Positions 1 through 13,789 of a stretch of DNA of 64,000 nucleotides are shown piece by piece. The number at the start of each line of letters is the position of its first letter. Within the stretch, counting starts at the first letter, position 1. The position numbers and the translations under genes are program-made. This stretch comes from Sphagnum compactum (lineage: Eukaryota): positions 21,132,213 to 21,196,212 of the forward strand of contig OZ234493.1 of the NCBI GenBank assembly GCA_965153455.1, in the 5' to 3' direction. The notes below the pieces were generated by a model. The model was not told the DNA's origin and made no database searches. It saw only the letters and a program-made list of their open reading frames with translations.

Positions 1-3000
1 TGGCCTTCGCTTGTCACAGAACGGCCTTGTAGCATCCAGCATGGGAATGGGAGTCAGTAACCAAATGATTCCTACACCAGGTTTAACCTCGTCACAGGGG
101 ATGAGCATTTCAGCTGCACCATCGTCAGCCGTTCTTCCTGACATGAGTGGGGTAACATCTGCACAATTGCAGCAATATGGGGGTGGTGGTGTCAATGATC
201 ACTATCATGGGTTGAATGGACACTTAGGAGGGGGAAGTGGAGGAGGAGGAGGCATTAGCAGTAGTGTTCAGCGCAAGTCCACCTCATCCTCAATCGGATT
301 GGTCAATGGAGGGAATAGTAATGAGTTGATGCTGCCCAATGGGCAGCACCTGATGAATGGGAACACTGTCTTACATAATCCTGCAAGCTATCCCAATGCA
401 TCGCAGTACTCAAATGTACACCTCCAGCATCAGCAGCATCCGCAGCGTCTGACAACGCAACAACAGCGGCCCCCAAACCTTCGCATGCGTATGTTCTCTC
501 CCTCCCTCCCTCCCTCCCTCCCTCAGGCTTCTTCTATAGGGCATGTGCACACAAATGCCACTCTTTGTCTTGCCGGTAGTGTCATCCACTGAACCATCTG
601 TCATCACCCCCTGAAGTCATTGTTATTGTATTGCAGGGGATAGCTATGCCATGAATGCTGCAGACCTTGCAGGATCAGGGAGCTTGTTTTCTGCAGTGCA
701 AGGACATGGACTAGCTGGAAACAACTTGGGTATGGAGTCAATGATTTCACCATCAATGAAGATGATTCCAGTGCAAGGATTTCCGTCTGCACAGCCAAGC
801 TTGCAACAGACGAACCAGCTGCAGCAGCAGATACAACGCACAGGCCTTCACCAAAACGTGATGTACAATCCAAGGGGCCAACAACAGCCACAACAGCCAC
901 AACAACAACCGCAACAGCAGCAGCGGCAAATACAGCAGCTTGCCAGATCTCAAGCAATTTATGAGTCCCAGCAGTCTTCAGGTCTTGCTGGTCCAAGACA
1001 ATCAGGGGTTAGTTTACTGAAACCAGTTCTCTTCATATCTGTATATGTCCTTGTCTTGCAGATACTTGCTGCAGAATGCTTGTGAAGGTCCAATTCAGCT
1101 GAAATTTACCTTCATGAATGCAGCATGAACAGGCTTTCCAACAATCCGTGTCACAGCACATGCAACAGCCAACACCAGGATTTCCACACCAGCAGCATCA
1201 AAATATGCAACAGCAGCGACAACAGTCTAGTCAACACCAGCAGCAACAGCAGCAACAGCAGCAACAGCAGGTGAGAGAAATGCCCATTGAGTGTTGGGTT
1301 TGTCTTCCTGCAGTTTCCTCAGCCATATAGCAATCCTCAGAGGCCTTGAAACTTTTCTTCTGTCTTTGAGATGCTAATTTGAACAAGAGTGACAGGGTGC
1401 ACAAGCTCAGAGGCAGCATCCAGCAGCATCCCAGCAACAGCCCACTCATCAGTCCAAGCCTGCTTCACAACAGCACCATCTTCTAATGCAGCAGCGGCAG
1501 TGGCAAGGCCAGCACAACCAGCAGCAGCATCAAGGCCCTCCTGGACAACTGCCATCACAGTCTCCATCCCAGAACCAACCACAGCAGCAAGCTGCTCAGG
1601 GGCTTCACTTGCAGCAAGTTGAGCAAACCACCACTGCCCAAGGGTCACTGCAAGAGCAGCAGCAACAACCAACACTGCAGGTCTCAGTCCAAAAGCAAGG
1701 CCAACAGCTACCAAAACAAGAAGAGGGTGTCAACAGTTCAGCTCTTTCTCCACCGATACAAAGTACAGTGCAACCAGGGAGCAGTGCAAATGGGAACTTG
1801 CCCCCAGGTGGATCTGGTGGGCCTGGTGGAGGAGCTGCTGTGGACGCTCAGCGACAACAGCAGTACTCTAAACAACAAAGATGGCTGCTTTTTCTGCGTC
1901 ATGCCAGCAAGTGCACAGCTCCTGAAGGCCAGTGTCAAGTCACACCACACTGCAGCATGGCTCGGCAGCTGTGGACCCACATTGTGTCATGTCGGGATCG
2001 AGAGTGTACATACAGCCGATGCAATGCTTCTCGTACCCTCCTCCACCATCACCAGCACTGTCGGGATCCACGATGTCCAGTTTGTGGACCTGTGCGTCAT
2101 CAGGTCATGAACCAACAGCGGATGCAGGCCCAGCAGCAGGGAGGGGGAGCTCCAGCCACCACCAAAGTCACCCCAGGTGGAAATGCGGCTGGAAACATTT
2201 CATCACCAGGTGGATTGTCTTCTTCTCCTCCAGGAGCTGTGGTCACAGAAGATAGTGAGGCACAATCGCCTCCTGCAAAGCGAGTGAAAATGGAGCCCTT
2301 GACAGTTACGCCTGTTGTGCAGTCACCTCACGTGCAACAAAACACTGCTGTGGCACCTGGCAAATCAGATGTTTCCTCTGTGACAGGCCCCAAACAACAC
2401 ACATTGCCGAACCCTCAACAGTTGGCAAAACCTGGAATACAAACTGTTGTCAAAGTAGAGAGTGTCGTGAATCCCTCACAGTCCTCACAAGGAAGTATAC
2501 AACCGAAACTCAATGGTCCACAGCATCGACAGGGACCTTCTGTGAAATCAGAAGGTCTAAGCCTGGTGAAGGAGGAGGTACAATCAGCTGCTGTTGCCAG
2601 AACCAGTACTCATGGTGCTGGTGGAGCAGGTGTGGTCCCTGATCCTTTGAAGCCGGAACCTGCTAGTGCAGAGAGCTCTGTGCCATCTACCACGGTTCCC
2701 TCAACATCAAAGACTGGGAAGCCAAAGAATCTGGGCACATCCTTGACAGAGTTGTTCACTCCTCAGCAAATCAGGGAGCACATCATTGGCTTGCGTCAAT
2801 GGGTGGGCCAGGTGCCATCTCCCATCTCTGTCTCCATCTCTTTGCTTCTCCTGTTGAATTTTTTTCTCAATCCCGCAACTGAGTTTGGGTGCATTATTCT
2901 CAAAAGGCATGCCTGAGGTTTTAGCTTCATGTTGTGGGTGTGCACAGAGCAAGGCTAAGGCTGAGAAGAACCAGGCCATGGAGAATCAAATGCATGAGGG

Positions 3001-6000
3001 TGCATGCCCGCTCTGTGCTGTTGAAAAGCTCACCTTTGAACCACCTCCAATCTACTGCACAGCTTGTGGGGCTCGCATCAAGAGAAATGCATATTACCAC
3101 ACTACTGGCTCAGGTGACACCAGACATTATTTTTGTGTACCGTGCTACAATGACGTGCGGACAGAGAATGTTGAAATGGAAGGCCAGACATATCCCAAAT
3201 CAAGGTTGGAGAAAAGGAAGAATGACGAAGAGACAGAGGAAGCAGTAGGATCTTGTACCCAACCTTTCATTTATCCTTGGTTTGCATTGGCCCTTGGTTT
3301 TTGTGCCCAGTTAGTTTGTTTGCCAGTAAGAGCTCTGGTGAATGAAGGTCCTGTCTGAATTTGCAAAAATATCAAATGATTGTGCCACAATGTAGGATTG
3401 TATTGGAATGTGGTTGTCCACAGCAGAAGTGAGGGTACTACAAGAAGAAGCCTTGTTTGCAAATGCTTTCAGTCATGAGGTCTGCATATGATGATCTGAC
3501 TCACAAAGGATTTCTTTTGGTATCCAGTGGGTGCAATGTGACAAATGCAACTTATGGCAGCATCAAGTATGTGCTCTCTTCAATGGTCGTCGTAATGAAG
3601 GTGACAGTGAGTACATATGCCCAGAGTGTTGCAAGGCAGAAATGGAAAGGGGTGAACGGAAGCCTTTACCCCCTTCTGCAGTCCTGGGTGCTTTGGATTT
3701 GCCAAAGACTCTCCTCAGTGACCATTTGGAGCACCGTTTGGCAGTCAAGCTTAAGCAGGAGCGCATGGAGCGTGCTAAAGCACAGGGGAAAACCTTCAAT
3801 GAGGTAAGTCCAACTCTTTGTCACTTACATCTTGCACTCACTCATTCTTCTTGTTGACCCACAACCATGTGTGCGCACACTGCAACCCACTGTGTGTGAC
3901 AATCTACAATTCAATGACTGCATGGTGTATATATACATACCTCTCAAATTCTCAAGAACCTGCTGCTATGTATATGTTACAGGTTCCAGGAGCAGAGGCT
4001 CTGGTTGTCAGAGTGATATCTTCTGTAGACAAAAAGCTGGAGGTGAAGCAGCGCTTTTTGGAGCTTTTCTCTGAAGAGGATTATCCAAGTGAATACGCAT
4101 ACAAGTCCAAGGTATGTCCATGGTTACAGATAGTTTTACAGAAAGCTTCTCCATTTTGGAGCACTGCACATAAAAACAGTATTTGCATTGAAAACAGTAT
4201 TTTTACAGGGGGAAAACCTTGATGAAGGGTTAGGTTTTTGATGAAATTTTTTTCTGCTGTTTTTCAGGTGGTGTTGCTCTTCCAGAAAATAGAAGGTGTG
4301 GAAGTCTGTTTGTTTGGAATGTATGTTCAGGAGTTTGGAGTGGAATGCTCCCTTCCAAACCAGCGGCGTGTGTACCTGTCATACTTGGATTCTGTGAAGT
4401 ACTTCAGGCCTGATGTGCGAACTGTTCGTGGAGAGGCATTGCGCACTTTTGTCTATCACGAAATTCTGGTAAAAGCTGTCCTGCACCAAGAAGTCAATAA
4501 CCAACAAGCCAGACACAAAGATTGTGTGTCCCATTGTGTTTGCATCAATCACTTGTGGTTTTTTGTGCTATTTTCACCAGGTGTTATGGTTTGTGTGTGC
4601 AATATGAATGACATCGAGATACATACATTGTGGTGATTGGGTTTCAGATTGGTTATCTGGATTACTGTCGGAAGCGAGGTTTTAGCAGTTGCTATATATG
4701 GGCATGTCCACCTCTCAAAGGAGAGGATTACATTTTGTACTGCCATCCTGAAATTCAGAAGACACCCAAGTCTGACAAGCTACGTGACTGGTATTTGACA
4801 ATGCTACGAAAAGCATCTGCAGATAACATTGTGGTTGATGTTACAAATCTGTATGACTTCTTCTTTGTTTCGACGGGTGAATGCAAAGCCAAGGTATAAC
4901 TCACTTTGTTTCTTGAGTTTTAGCCTTCATATCTCACTTGTCTCTTATATTGATATCTCTGGAATGTCTTGTTATAATTTTGATCACAGTTTTTGTTGTT
5001 GCATTTGTGTCATCTGCTTTCGTTTTTCTTTGCAAAAGTGGATGTTGTTGAACCCCTAATTGAATCTGCTGGTTGTGATTTGGTTGCAGGTGACTGCAGC
5101 TCGATTGCCATACTTTGATGGGGATTACTGGCCTGGTGCTGCAGAGGACATGATCATGCAGCTGCAGCAGCAGGAGGAAGATGGACGCAAAAATGCACTA
5201 AAGAAAGGCAAGACAAAAACATCAACCAAACGTGCCTCCAAGGCAGTTGCTCAAGCAGAGATGGCCAGCAATGCCTCTAAAGATACTCAACTTATGCATA
5301 AGGTATTATTGTTCATTTCACCACCAGAAATTCTCCCCATAAGAAGAAGCTCGTCACTGCCGTTCGTGATGAAGGTGATGGTCTGTCACTTTGTGAGTGA
5401 CTCTCATGAGGTTATGACTGCACTCATTGTCGTGTTACCTTTAATTGTTGTTGTGGAGATTTCTCTGCAACTTCATCGATCTTTTTTCTAGTGGCTTTAG
5501 CGGATGTTCTGCATCCAAGTAGTCACCAGTGGTGTGCTTAAAGGATATGTTCAGGGTGCAGGAGGCCCCAACCACTACCCTATATATAGGCCTCTATGTC
5601 CTTTAGGCATAGATGCTTGCATATACAGGGACATGCTAAAATGAAATAAAAGCTCTTTCCTTCAGAAGCTTGTTACGGCTTGAATGAGGATACTGTTGAC
5701 TTTTTTGATTAGCAATGTCTCTTGAGTGCTAGCCAACATCACGTCTGAGTCTTCCCATTGCTTCCGGAAAGGCAACAGAAACTCAGGACGCAGATTGTGT
5801 ATAATGGTTTGCCCAAGTTTTTTGGGAAGATTATTATATGCTTATCTACACCCACTGTTGGGAGCTGATGAACTCAGTGGGTAGTCATGGCAGCTCGTCA
5901 CTGCCGTTCGTGATGAAGGTGATGGTCTGTCACTTTGTGAGCGACTCTCATGAGGTTATGACTGCACTCATTGTCGTGTTACCTTTAATTGTTGTTGTGG

Positions 6001-7832
6001 AGATTTCTCTGCAACTTCATCGATCTTTATTCTCAGTACTTATGAAGATGTTGATTGTGCAGAAATGCAGTTGTTCACAGAAATGGTGAAAGCAGTTGAC
6101 CTGTCTAATTTCTCTTTGATTCTGGACATATTTGATGCAGTTGGGCGAGTCAATATTTCCAATGAAAGAGGACTTCATCATGGTGCATATGCACCATGCT
6201 TGCTCCCACTGCCGCCTCTTCATTGTTTCTGGCCGCCGATGGGTCTGTGGTCAATGCAAAAACTTCCAGCTTTGTGATCAGTGCGTACTATGTCTCCTTG
6301 CCCACTTGTGAACCTGAAAACTTGATAAAAGTGTGTTTGTGTTCTTTCCAACCTCTGCAACAGGAAACAAATGTTAATTTGTGAAGTTGGGTTGACCCAT
6401 TTCACATGAGCTGGAAATGCGTTCTTGAAATTGATCTCTCTTAAGAAGCAATGTATGTAAAATTTCAGGTGTCACGATGCTGAACAGAAGCTGGACGAAA
6501 GGGAAAGGCATCCTATTAGCAGCAAAGATCCACATCCTCTCCAGCCGGTATACTTCATGTCTCCAAGACCCATCACCCTCTGGTCTTGCACCCCTGCTGC
6601 TGCTCAACAGTTTGTTGCATTGAACTCAGGATTTTGTCTTATCTGCATTGTTTGAGGCAAGAATTACATAGGAGCGATGGTTTGTGAGGTGCAGGTAGAA
6701 GTGGATGATGTGCCACTTCAAACAAAGGATAAGGATGAGATAATGGAGAGTGAGTTCTTTGACACAAGGCAAGCTTTCTTAAGTTTGTGCCAAGGCAATC
6801 ACTACCAGTATGACACACTCCGGCGTGCCAAGCACTCCTCGATGATGGTGCTTTATCATTTGCACAATCCAACTGCACCTGCCTTTGTTGTCACATGCAA
6901 TATGTGTAGCCATGACATCGAGGCAGGACAGGGCTGGCGATGTGACATCTGTGCTGACTTTGACCTTTGCAACAATTGCAAAGCCTTGTCAAATCACCCA
7001 CATAAGCTTACTCCTCTTACTGAGCGTAATGCTCAAAACAAGGAAGCTCGGCAACAGCGGGTGTTACAGGTCAGACAGTTTGTTCTTTTATTCTGCATCA
7101 GGGATAGACCAGGTCTATGTCTGTGGTGTGGGCCTGTCCAAAGAGCTTTGATTCATTCATGCTTAAGACACAAAAAAGGTTCAGCACTTTTGGGTAGTGA
7201 CATGGGTACCTAGCAGTCTTTGTGATAATGATGTGATTACTGTTTGGGTGAACGATGTAAAACAGTTGCGGAAGATGCTGGAGTTGCTAGTGCATGCGTC
7301 ACAGTGTGGTTCTGGTACTTGTCAATACCCAAAGTGTCGGAGTGTGAAGGGACTATTCCGGCATGGTATAAATTGCAAAATTCGGGCTTCTGGAGGTTGT
7401 GGCAACTGCAAGAGAATGTGGTACCTTCTGCAGCTCCATGCTCGCTCTTGCAAGGAATCTGGATGCCGGGTTCCCCGTTGCAGGTATGGTGTTCTTGACT
7501 CATTTTGTCAGCTGGGCATGTATGTCAATTGACTTCTCTGGAGATGTGTGACTTTCCTGATTTTTGCAATGTTATAGTCAGAACCCGGAATCCTGAAATG
7601 GATACAGGAGGAAAGGCTTGGATTTGCAAACACTTTTGTGTTTGGATATGACAGCTGATTGCATTGTATTTAGTTTGGAAGTTTCACAATTGGTCCTACA
7701 ACTTGTGGATGTGACAGGGATTTGAATGAGCACCTAAGGCGCCTGCAGCAACAGGCAGAGTCACGACGTCGAGTTGCGGTCATGGAGATGATGAGACAGC
7801 GTGCAGCAGAAGCTGCAGGCAGCAATAGCTAG
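1..7832 (+). CDS. HAC1: CBP/p300-type histone acetyltransferase (HAC1/HAC12-like), 5' end outside the window
   Basis: Phase-consistent GT-AG exons: <1-488, 637-1007, 1124(or 1133)-1270, 1396-2811, 2948-3244, 3528-3803, 3983-4111, 4268-4468, 4648-4893, 5090-5302, 6141-6280, 6469-6547, 6695-7069, 7266-7483, 7718-7832 (TAG). Domains in order: Q-rich N-region, TAZ1 ([14 protein letters not shown]...CRDPRCPVC), PHD-like ([15 protein letters not shown]), KAT11 HAT core ([43 protein letters not shown]), two ZZ fingers, TAZ2 (LLVHASQC...CRVPRCRDL). Confidence 0.96.
5348..6028. repeat. 137-bp direct repeat pair inside a HAC1 intron
   Basis: 5348-5484 and 5892-6028 (AGCTCGTCACTGCC...CATCGATCTTT) differ by one visible substitution (gtgactc/gcgactc). 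They flank 407 bp of unique sequence within intron 5303-6140. Confidence 0.93.
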
Positions 7833-10079
7833 AGCTACTGCAATTCACTGACGCTTGTCTATATTTTGTGGAGAGAGCTTGAAGAGAGATTTTGCAATTG
7901 TCTTCCCACTTCTCAAGTGGGATTGGAGCTCAGGCAGCCTCTCTGTTGCAGCTCTCCATCTCAAGGAGCTACTGAAGAAGTGCAACAGAAAATGCAAGGA
8001 GTAGCTTCTGGAGGTTGATTTTTTTGACAGGCTTGGTTGGTTTCAGTTTGTGAAGAAATGGCAGGTTTGTGAAGCTTGTTGTCAGCTTGGATTGGATGAA
8101 AGCCATCGAGGGCAGTGGGTAGGAATTGCCTTGTCCCCTTTGTGTGATTTGTAAATTGTTTGAAATTGGAGTTTTGGGCAGATGCCCAGAGTCATGGCAG
8201 AGCAAGGTGAACTTATAGTCTCTCTGTTTTGGAGCTGGCTAGCTGGCCCTATTTACGTTAGAAAGATTACAGATGGAGAGACTGATAGACAGGCTTATTC
8301 AGACAAGCTGATTCAGACAGCCTTTATTCATTGGCCCTTGCTGTGGTGCGTGCCCCATTTGCTGGTCCTTTATACAGATGACAGTTGCAGTGTGGCACTG
8401 TCCCCAACTGAGAGGTGTGTGTTTCTCTACAAGTTCTAGTTTTTCCTCCACCGCACATGATTTCCTCCTTTTGAAAGTTTCTCTGGGAGGATTTTCTTCT
8501 GCTTGCCAGACAGTTTTCTCAAGATTGTACAGGATTCTCTTCGTCCCTTCCTAATGTGAGTTCAGAGGGAGATTTCAAGTTCTTTAGTTTTCAGAAAACT
8601 TGTCTGTGACCAGACTTGTTGGCTAATTGGCTCAAGCTGCTTGTCAAACAGTTCACATTAGCGTGTGCTGCAGTGGTTGACCTTTTGGTTTTGGATTTGA
8701 GCTATCATTCTTGACCTCTTTTCAACTGTGGTTTTTCCCACTTTTTGTGCAGACAGAGATCCCTTCACATGCAAAATGGACAAGATTTGGGTGAAGAACC
8801 GGAAAAACAGAAGGGGAAGAAGAGGATGGCAGCAAATCCGTAAAAAATATCCCAGTGTTTGATGGGCAAGCTACAGATTGAGATGAAATTTCCAGATTTG
8901 TATACTACCTTTAGATGTCCTGATCTGATTCAATTTGTTTCCTTTTTTCCCAATCTCATAGCAATAAAATGCAGATTGTTTTTTTTTCCTCCTCTTGAAC
9001 ATTTTGCTTTGGTGGAGCTAGTGGTGGGGCTTAGTTGCTGCACTACTGCCGACTATAGAATTCATGTCAGTTTTAAACCTGGGATGTGAATCATTGTCCA
9101 TTCTTCCTCTCAAAATGTGGAAACCTGAACTCTCTGCGCCTTTTTCTTATTTCTTTTCTGTAGTCAATGTGAGAAAGCCTGGTTACGCTCTTATTGCCAA
9201 AGTTGAAATTGTACTGTTCTACTTTTGTATGTTGTCTACGAACCTGTCAGTGATGTTGTATGCATTCTGGCAATCAAGAGGTTACCAGTAAGGATTGAGA
9301 GCTGTCTCTTGAGTGCTAGCCAACATTGCTAGTTCTCATTTCTTGTTTTCTATTTTGTTTAGGTTTTTCCATTTTTTCTTTGTTCCATGTCTTTTTCTTC
9401 AAGTTCTGTGCTTCTTCTTTGATGGGTGATGACTATAGCGCATTGGCAAATATCAATGAGATGTTTGGGGCTGTGTGCAATGCATCATTAAATTGTGTTT
9501 GCAGTTACAATTGTGATTGTCACCATGGGAAGTATTCAATGCAATTGAATTGGAGATGCGTATTGGGTAGTTGGTGGACCAACATGTGAGTGTTTGGGAT
9601 TTGTGCTTGTCACGATGTGAGCAACTCTTAGTTTTGCTGAAGACCTTGACAAATATATATTGAAAATTTCAGCATTTCTGAAAATAATGTCAAAATTAGT
9701 GTCAAAAATTGCCAAGGTATTATTATAGAATAGCCTTAAATTTGCCAATTGGGTCTCGGTTTGAAATTAACAACTTAACTATGAAATCATATATGTATTT
9801 ATTTTTGACAAAAGTACACACTTTTTTTTCAATGAACTTTTGAAATTCAAAAACAAGGATTTGTATCTCGAATGGAATTTTGAATAATTATGATTTTGCC
9901 AAAGAATTTCATTTCAAATGAGTGGGAATGATTAAATATGTCATATTTGATCATATTTAAAGAACCCATATATGAAAATATTATCTTGAAACCCATAACC
10001 AAAACATAATTATGAACTTCTACATGAGTAGAATTAAGTTTAATTTTCAGAAGTCCTTTTAAGGAGCTTGAAAATGTTC

Positions 10080-10560
10080 AGCTTGAAACAATTTGATTTT
10101 TTTGGAAAAGAAGTTTAGTTTGAAAGAACAAAAATTTGGGTGTTTGAAATGGTTTAGTTTGAGAGGATGAGAGCTTGAAAAAGTTCAACTTGAAAGGAAA
10201 CAATTTAAAAAAAGATTTGGCTTGAAAGGAAATTTGAAAGGGAACTTGAAAGGAAGGGATATTGTAAGGCTTCAACTTGAAAGGAAACAATTTAAAAAAG
10301 GTTTGGCTTGAAAGGAAGTTTGAAAGGGAACACTTGAAAGGAAAGGATCTTGTAAGGTTCCAACTTGAGAAGAAACAACTTGGAAAAGGTTCAATGTGAT
10401 AATGAGCTTGAAAGGATTCAATTCCAAAGGAAGGGAGCTTGAAAGGGTTTGATTTGAAAGGAAGGAAGTAAGAAAAGGTCAACTTGATAAGAAGGGAGCT
10501 TGAAAGCTTGAAAGCTTGAAAGGCTTTGGCTTGAGAAGAAGGGAATTTGAAAGTTTAGAA
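10080..10560. repeat. Degenerate purine-rich TTGAAAG-based tandem repeat with ~87-bp higher-order period
   Basis: Many (C)TTGAAAGG motifs. The anchor CAACTTGA(A/G)A(G/A)GAAACAA recurs at 10186, 10273 and 10361. Confidence 0.75.
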
Positions 10561-11489
10561 GGGTGACTTTATAGAGGATTATAGAAAATTTGAAAGGATA
10601 AGATAAACTTTGGCATTGGATAAAAGAAAGCTCGTGTGAGATTTTGTGAAAAAGGCCTTGTGGGGATTATGATTGAAAGCTCAATCTTTGTGTTGCACCT
10701 TCATAGATTCATAATGTTTATTAACAACATGAAAATATATATGGGTTGTAAATTGCTTGTAGGCTTTGAGGGAATGACAATGGCAAGACACAATGGAAAA
10801 GTCATTACCAAACCTCAGAGAAGTAAATGTTTCACCATAGTTTTGAATGGAGTTAAAACTTTAAAACATCATTGCCTCCTTTTACCATTATTTGTTTCAT
10901 GGACCTTATGGACTAATACATTTTCTATTTTAATTTACAAGTGGTTACCTTGTAAAAAAATTTGGTTCAAAGAAACCAAGGTCCTATTCAAAATCAACTT
11001 GACTTGGATTTCAAATCATGTGACAAGGAAATTCAAAACATGGGTAAGTTCAAGACAAATGAGATACTAAAGAAATATAAAATGGCAACCAAGACCAAGG
11101 CCGAAATGAACATTCCCCTTTATCACATGATATTCATGCATATATTTTACTCGACATTGAATACCATAGTACTTGGGTAGCTTCACAGTTCTCTGTCGAA
11201 TAATTAATTTAATCCATAATTTTTGGTTTGGCAGCTACCTTTTTACTTTTGAAAAATTTGGCATATGTGTATAATGTAATAAAATTCATCAACATTTTTA
11301 AGGTATTTCACTACGTTAGTGGTTAGATGGATGTAAAGTAATTAATTTGGTCAAGTAGGTCCCTCGTTCAAAATTGGTTGGCAACTTGAATGTGTTTTTG
11401 AAAATTTTGGTAAAAACGGCTGAAATTTTTCTGAAATTTTCAACACAATTTGAAAATAATTTAATTTATGCCAAAGCTACCCAGGTACT

Positions 11490-11524
<35 letters not shown>

Positions 11525-13789
11525 AAGATGGAGTAGGCTTTCAAAATGAAATGTAGGGAGAGAAAAAAAAAAAACTTTTGTGTCTCCCCCACAAACTAAC
11601 AAGGACATGAAAAGAGATTGGAAGACCATGAAAATTCCTTGAGCATTTTGTGAAAAATGGAGAATGACAAACTTAGGGAGTTCCTAAGGAAACATATGGA
11701 CCTTGAAAGATCTTCAAACAAAAGATTCTTCATGTGAGATGGGGAAAGCTACAAGCATGGATTCCCTACATTGAATGAATCCATCTAAATGAAAAGGCAT
11801 GGCACATTGTAGTGCATTTGATAGTTTTTGACATTAGAAGCTAGCTTGTAGAACTACTAACTGTCATAACATATTTGAACAAGTAAGGCATTTTACACAC
11901 TATTGAACCCATTCAATTATTGATTTTTTTACATGTATTGAATAACAATGTCTTGTGTTACAAGTCGGTGGAGTTGGACCATGTCAAGCCCAACTTCATC
12001 CATGACTTTGTTTGCATTTGAAATATCAAGAAAATACCCTTGAAACAATTCAAGGATGTGATCCCTCTAAAAGTGTATAAGAAGTGCAAAATGAAATATA
12101 AGAAAACATGGTACTCTTTGATGCAAAAGGTATTTTTTTAATACATTTACAAGGTCAAGAAATCTTCAAACTTGTAGCTCCCATTCTCAATGTAAAATTG
12201 TGAATATTCATTCAGTTAAATGCACATTCTTTTCCAAAAGGAGATTTTTACAACAAGTGGTGTTGTGGTGAAATTATATTTATGAGGGAGGTCCTTGATC
12301 TAATGATGCATTCAACTAGGATACATACCCTAATGGAAAAATCCATGGAATAGGCTCAAAAGGACAAGTACACATCTTTCACAAAACATCTCCCAATGTG
12401 TCCCAATTTTGGGGGAAGTGTATTGAAGAAAATCCAACACCATTATGACATGAATTCCAAATTTGAGATGTTGAGTAGAAAACTATAATGTACAACATTT
12501 GTGAATAGCAAAGAGAAAGCCAAATGGCTCAAGCTTTGGAATGAGTCAATAATACTTTAAAAGTTAAAGAATTTTCGAAAACATGGCTTCTCATATTTTG
12601 TCTTTGATAAGTGGTTGCATAAAACCACTTTTTAGTATAAGGTTAATGAAAATGTTTATCATTATTCTATAATTTCAGTGTTAATATTGTGAGACATAAA
12701 TAATATACTAACAATTGGTGATGTGAATTTATGTAGCTTGAGGTGGAGGTGCAAAATTAGTGGAATCCATTGTCTAGGACCTTAGAATGTCCATCATGAA
12801 CACGTTGAATATCTTAAGTTTTTCCAAACTATATCAAACAGTGAAGGTTCAAGATTTGGGAGATTGGCTTTTTAGGGAATTCAAGTCAAAAAAATGTTAT
12901 TAAAAAAAAAAAACATAGGATTTACAAGTCATGTAAGAATAGAGGTTATGAAGTAATTACTATATAGGGTGCAAACGAGATCAAACGAGCCAACGACTTT
13001 ACTTTAGAAAAGGACTACATGTCTTTTTGCCCAAAAAAACTTTTTCATACAAATGAATTTTTGAACTTTTAAAAAAAATTGTTAAACTAAATGCTCATAA
13101 TTATCCAATTTACATGACATGTGTTTTTTGTTTATAAATTTTGAATAAATATGAATTTTCGAAAGTGTGTTGATTCCTTGTAAATTCAATGTTTTATCTT
13201 TAGAAATGATAACAATTTCAAATCATAACTAAAATTTGATTAAATTTTTAAAAAGGTTTTCTTGTATAACAAATCATGTACATTATACCCCATTTATCTA
13301 TGTGGTAAAGAACTTTTGAAGTTCTAAAACTTTGGATCAATTTTGGAAAGTTCTTTGAATTTTTTAAGTTTTAGATTTTCACATATTTTAGAATATGAAT
13401 GTTTTTTGAATGTGACTAACAGGTCTTTAATTTCTTAAAATTTTTCCATCAAATTTTTAATATTATATGAGTCATTTTGATAGTCCTTTGTAAAATTGAT
13501 TCCTTCAAATACAATATCTATTCATTTTCAAACGTTCTAAATTGAAACTTGAATTAAAATTTTTATCAAATGGATTTTTGATTTGAATTCCTTGACATTC
13601 ATATGAATTAAAAACAAACAACTTGCTATGATTGCATGGTTTTAAATGGTAAAACATAAATATTTTTTCCAATTTTGATTGTTTTTTGTCATTGTCTAAC
13701 ATTCTCATTGGCTCATTTGATTGGGACTACACCCCATAGGTATAACACACCCAAATTATATATAAATATATATTCACATTCCTTCTTTT

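Noticed and set aside
5366..5484. Intronic C/D-box snoRNA in the duplicated HAC1 intron segment
   Set aside because: A box C-like GTGATGA is present, but no box D (CTGA) or terminal stem was found in the repeat.
11550..12900. Possible hAT-type transposase remnant (GIHC-like motif near 12760)
   Set aside because: Only an isolated motif; no ordered set of motifs or TIRs could be reconstructed. Probably decayed TE, family unassignable.
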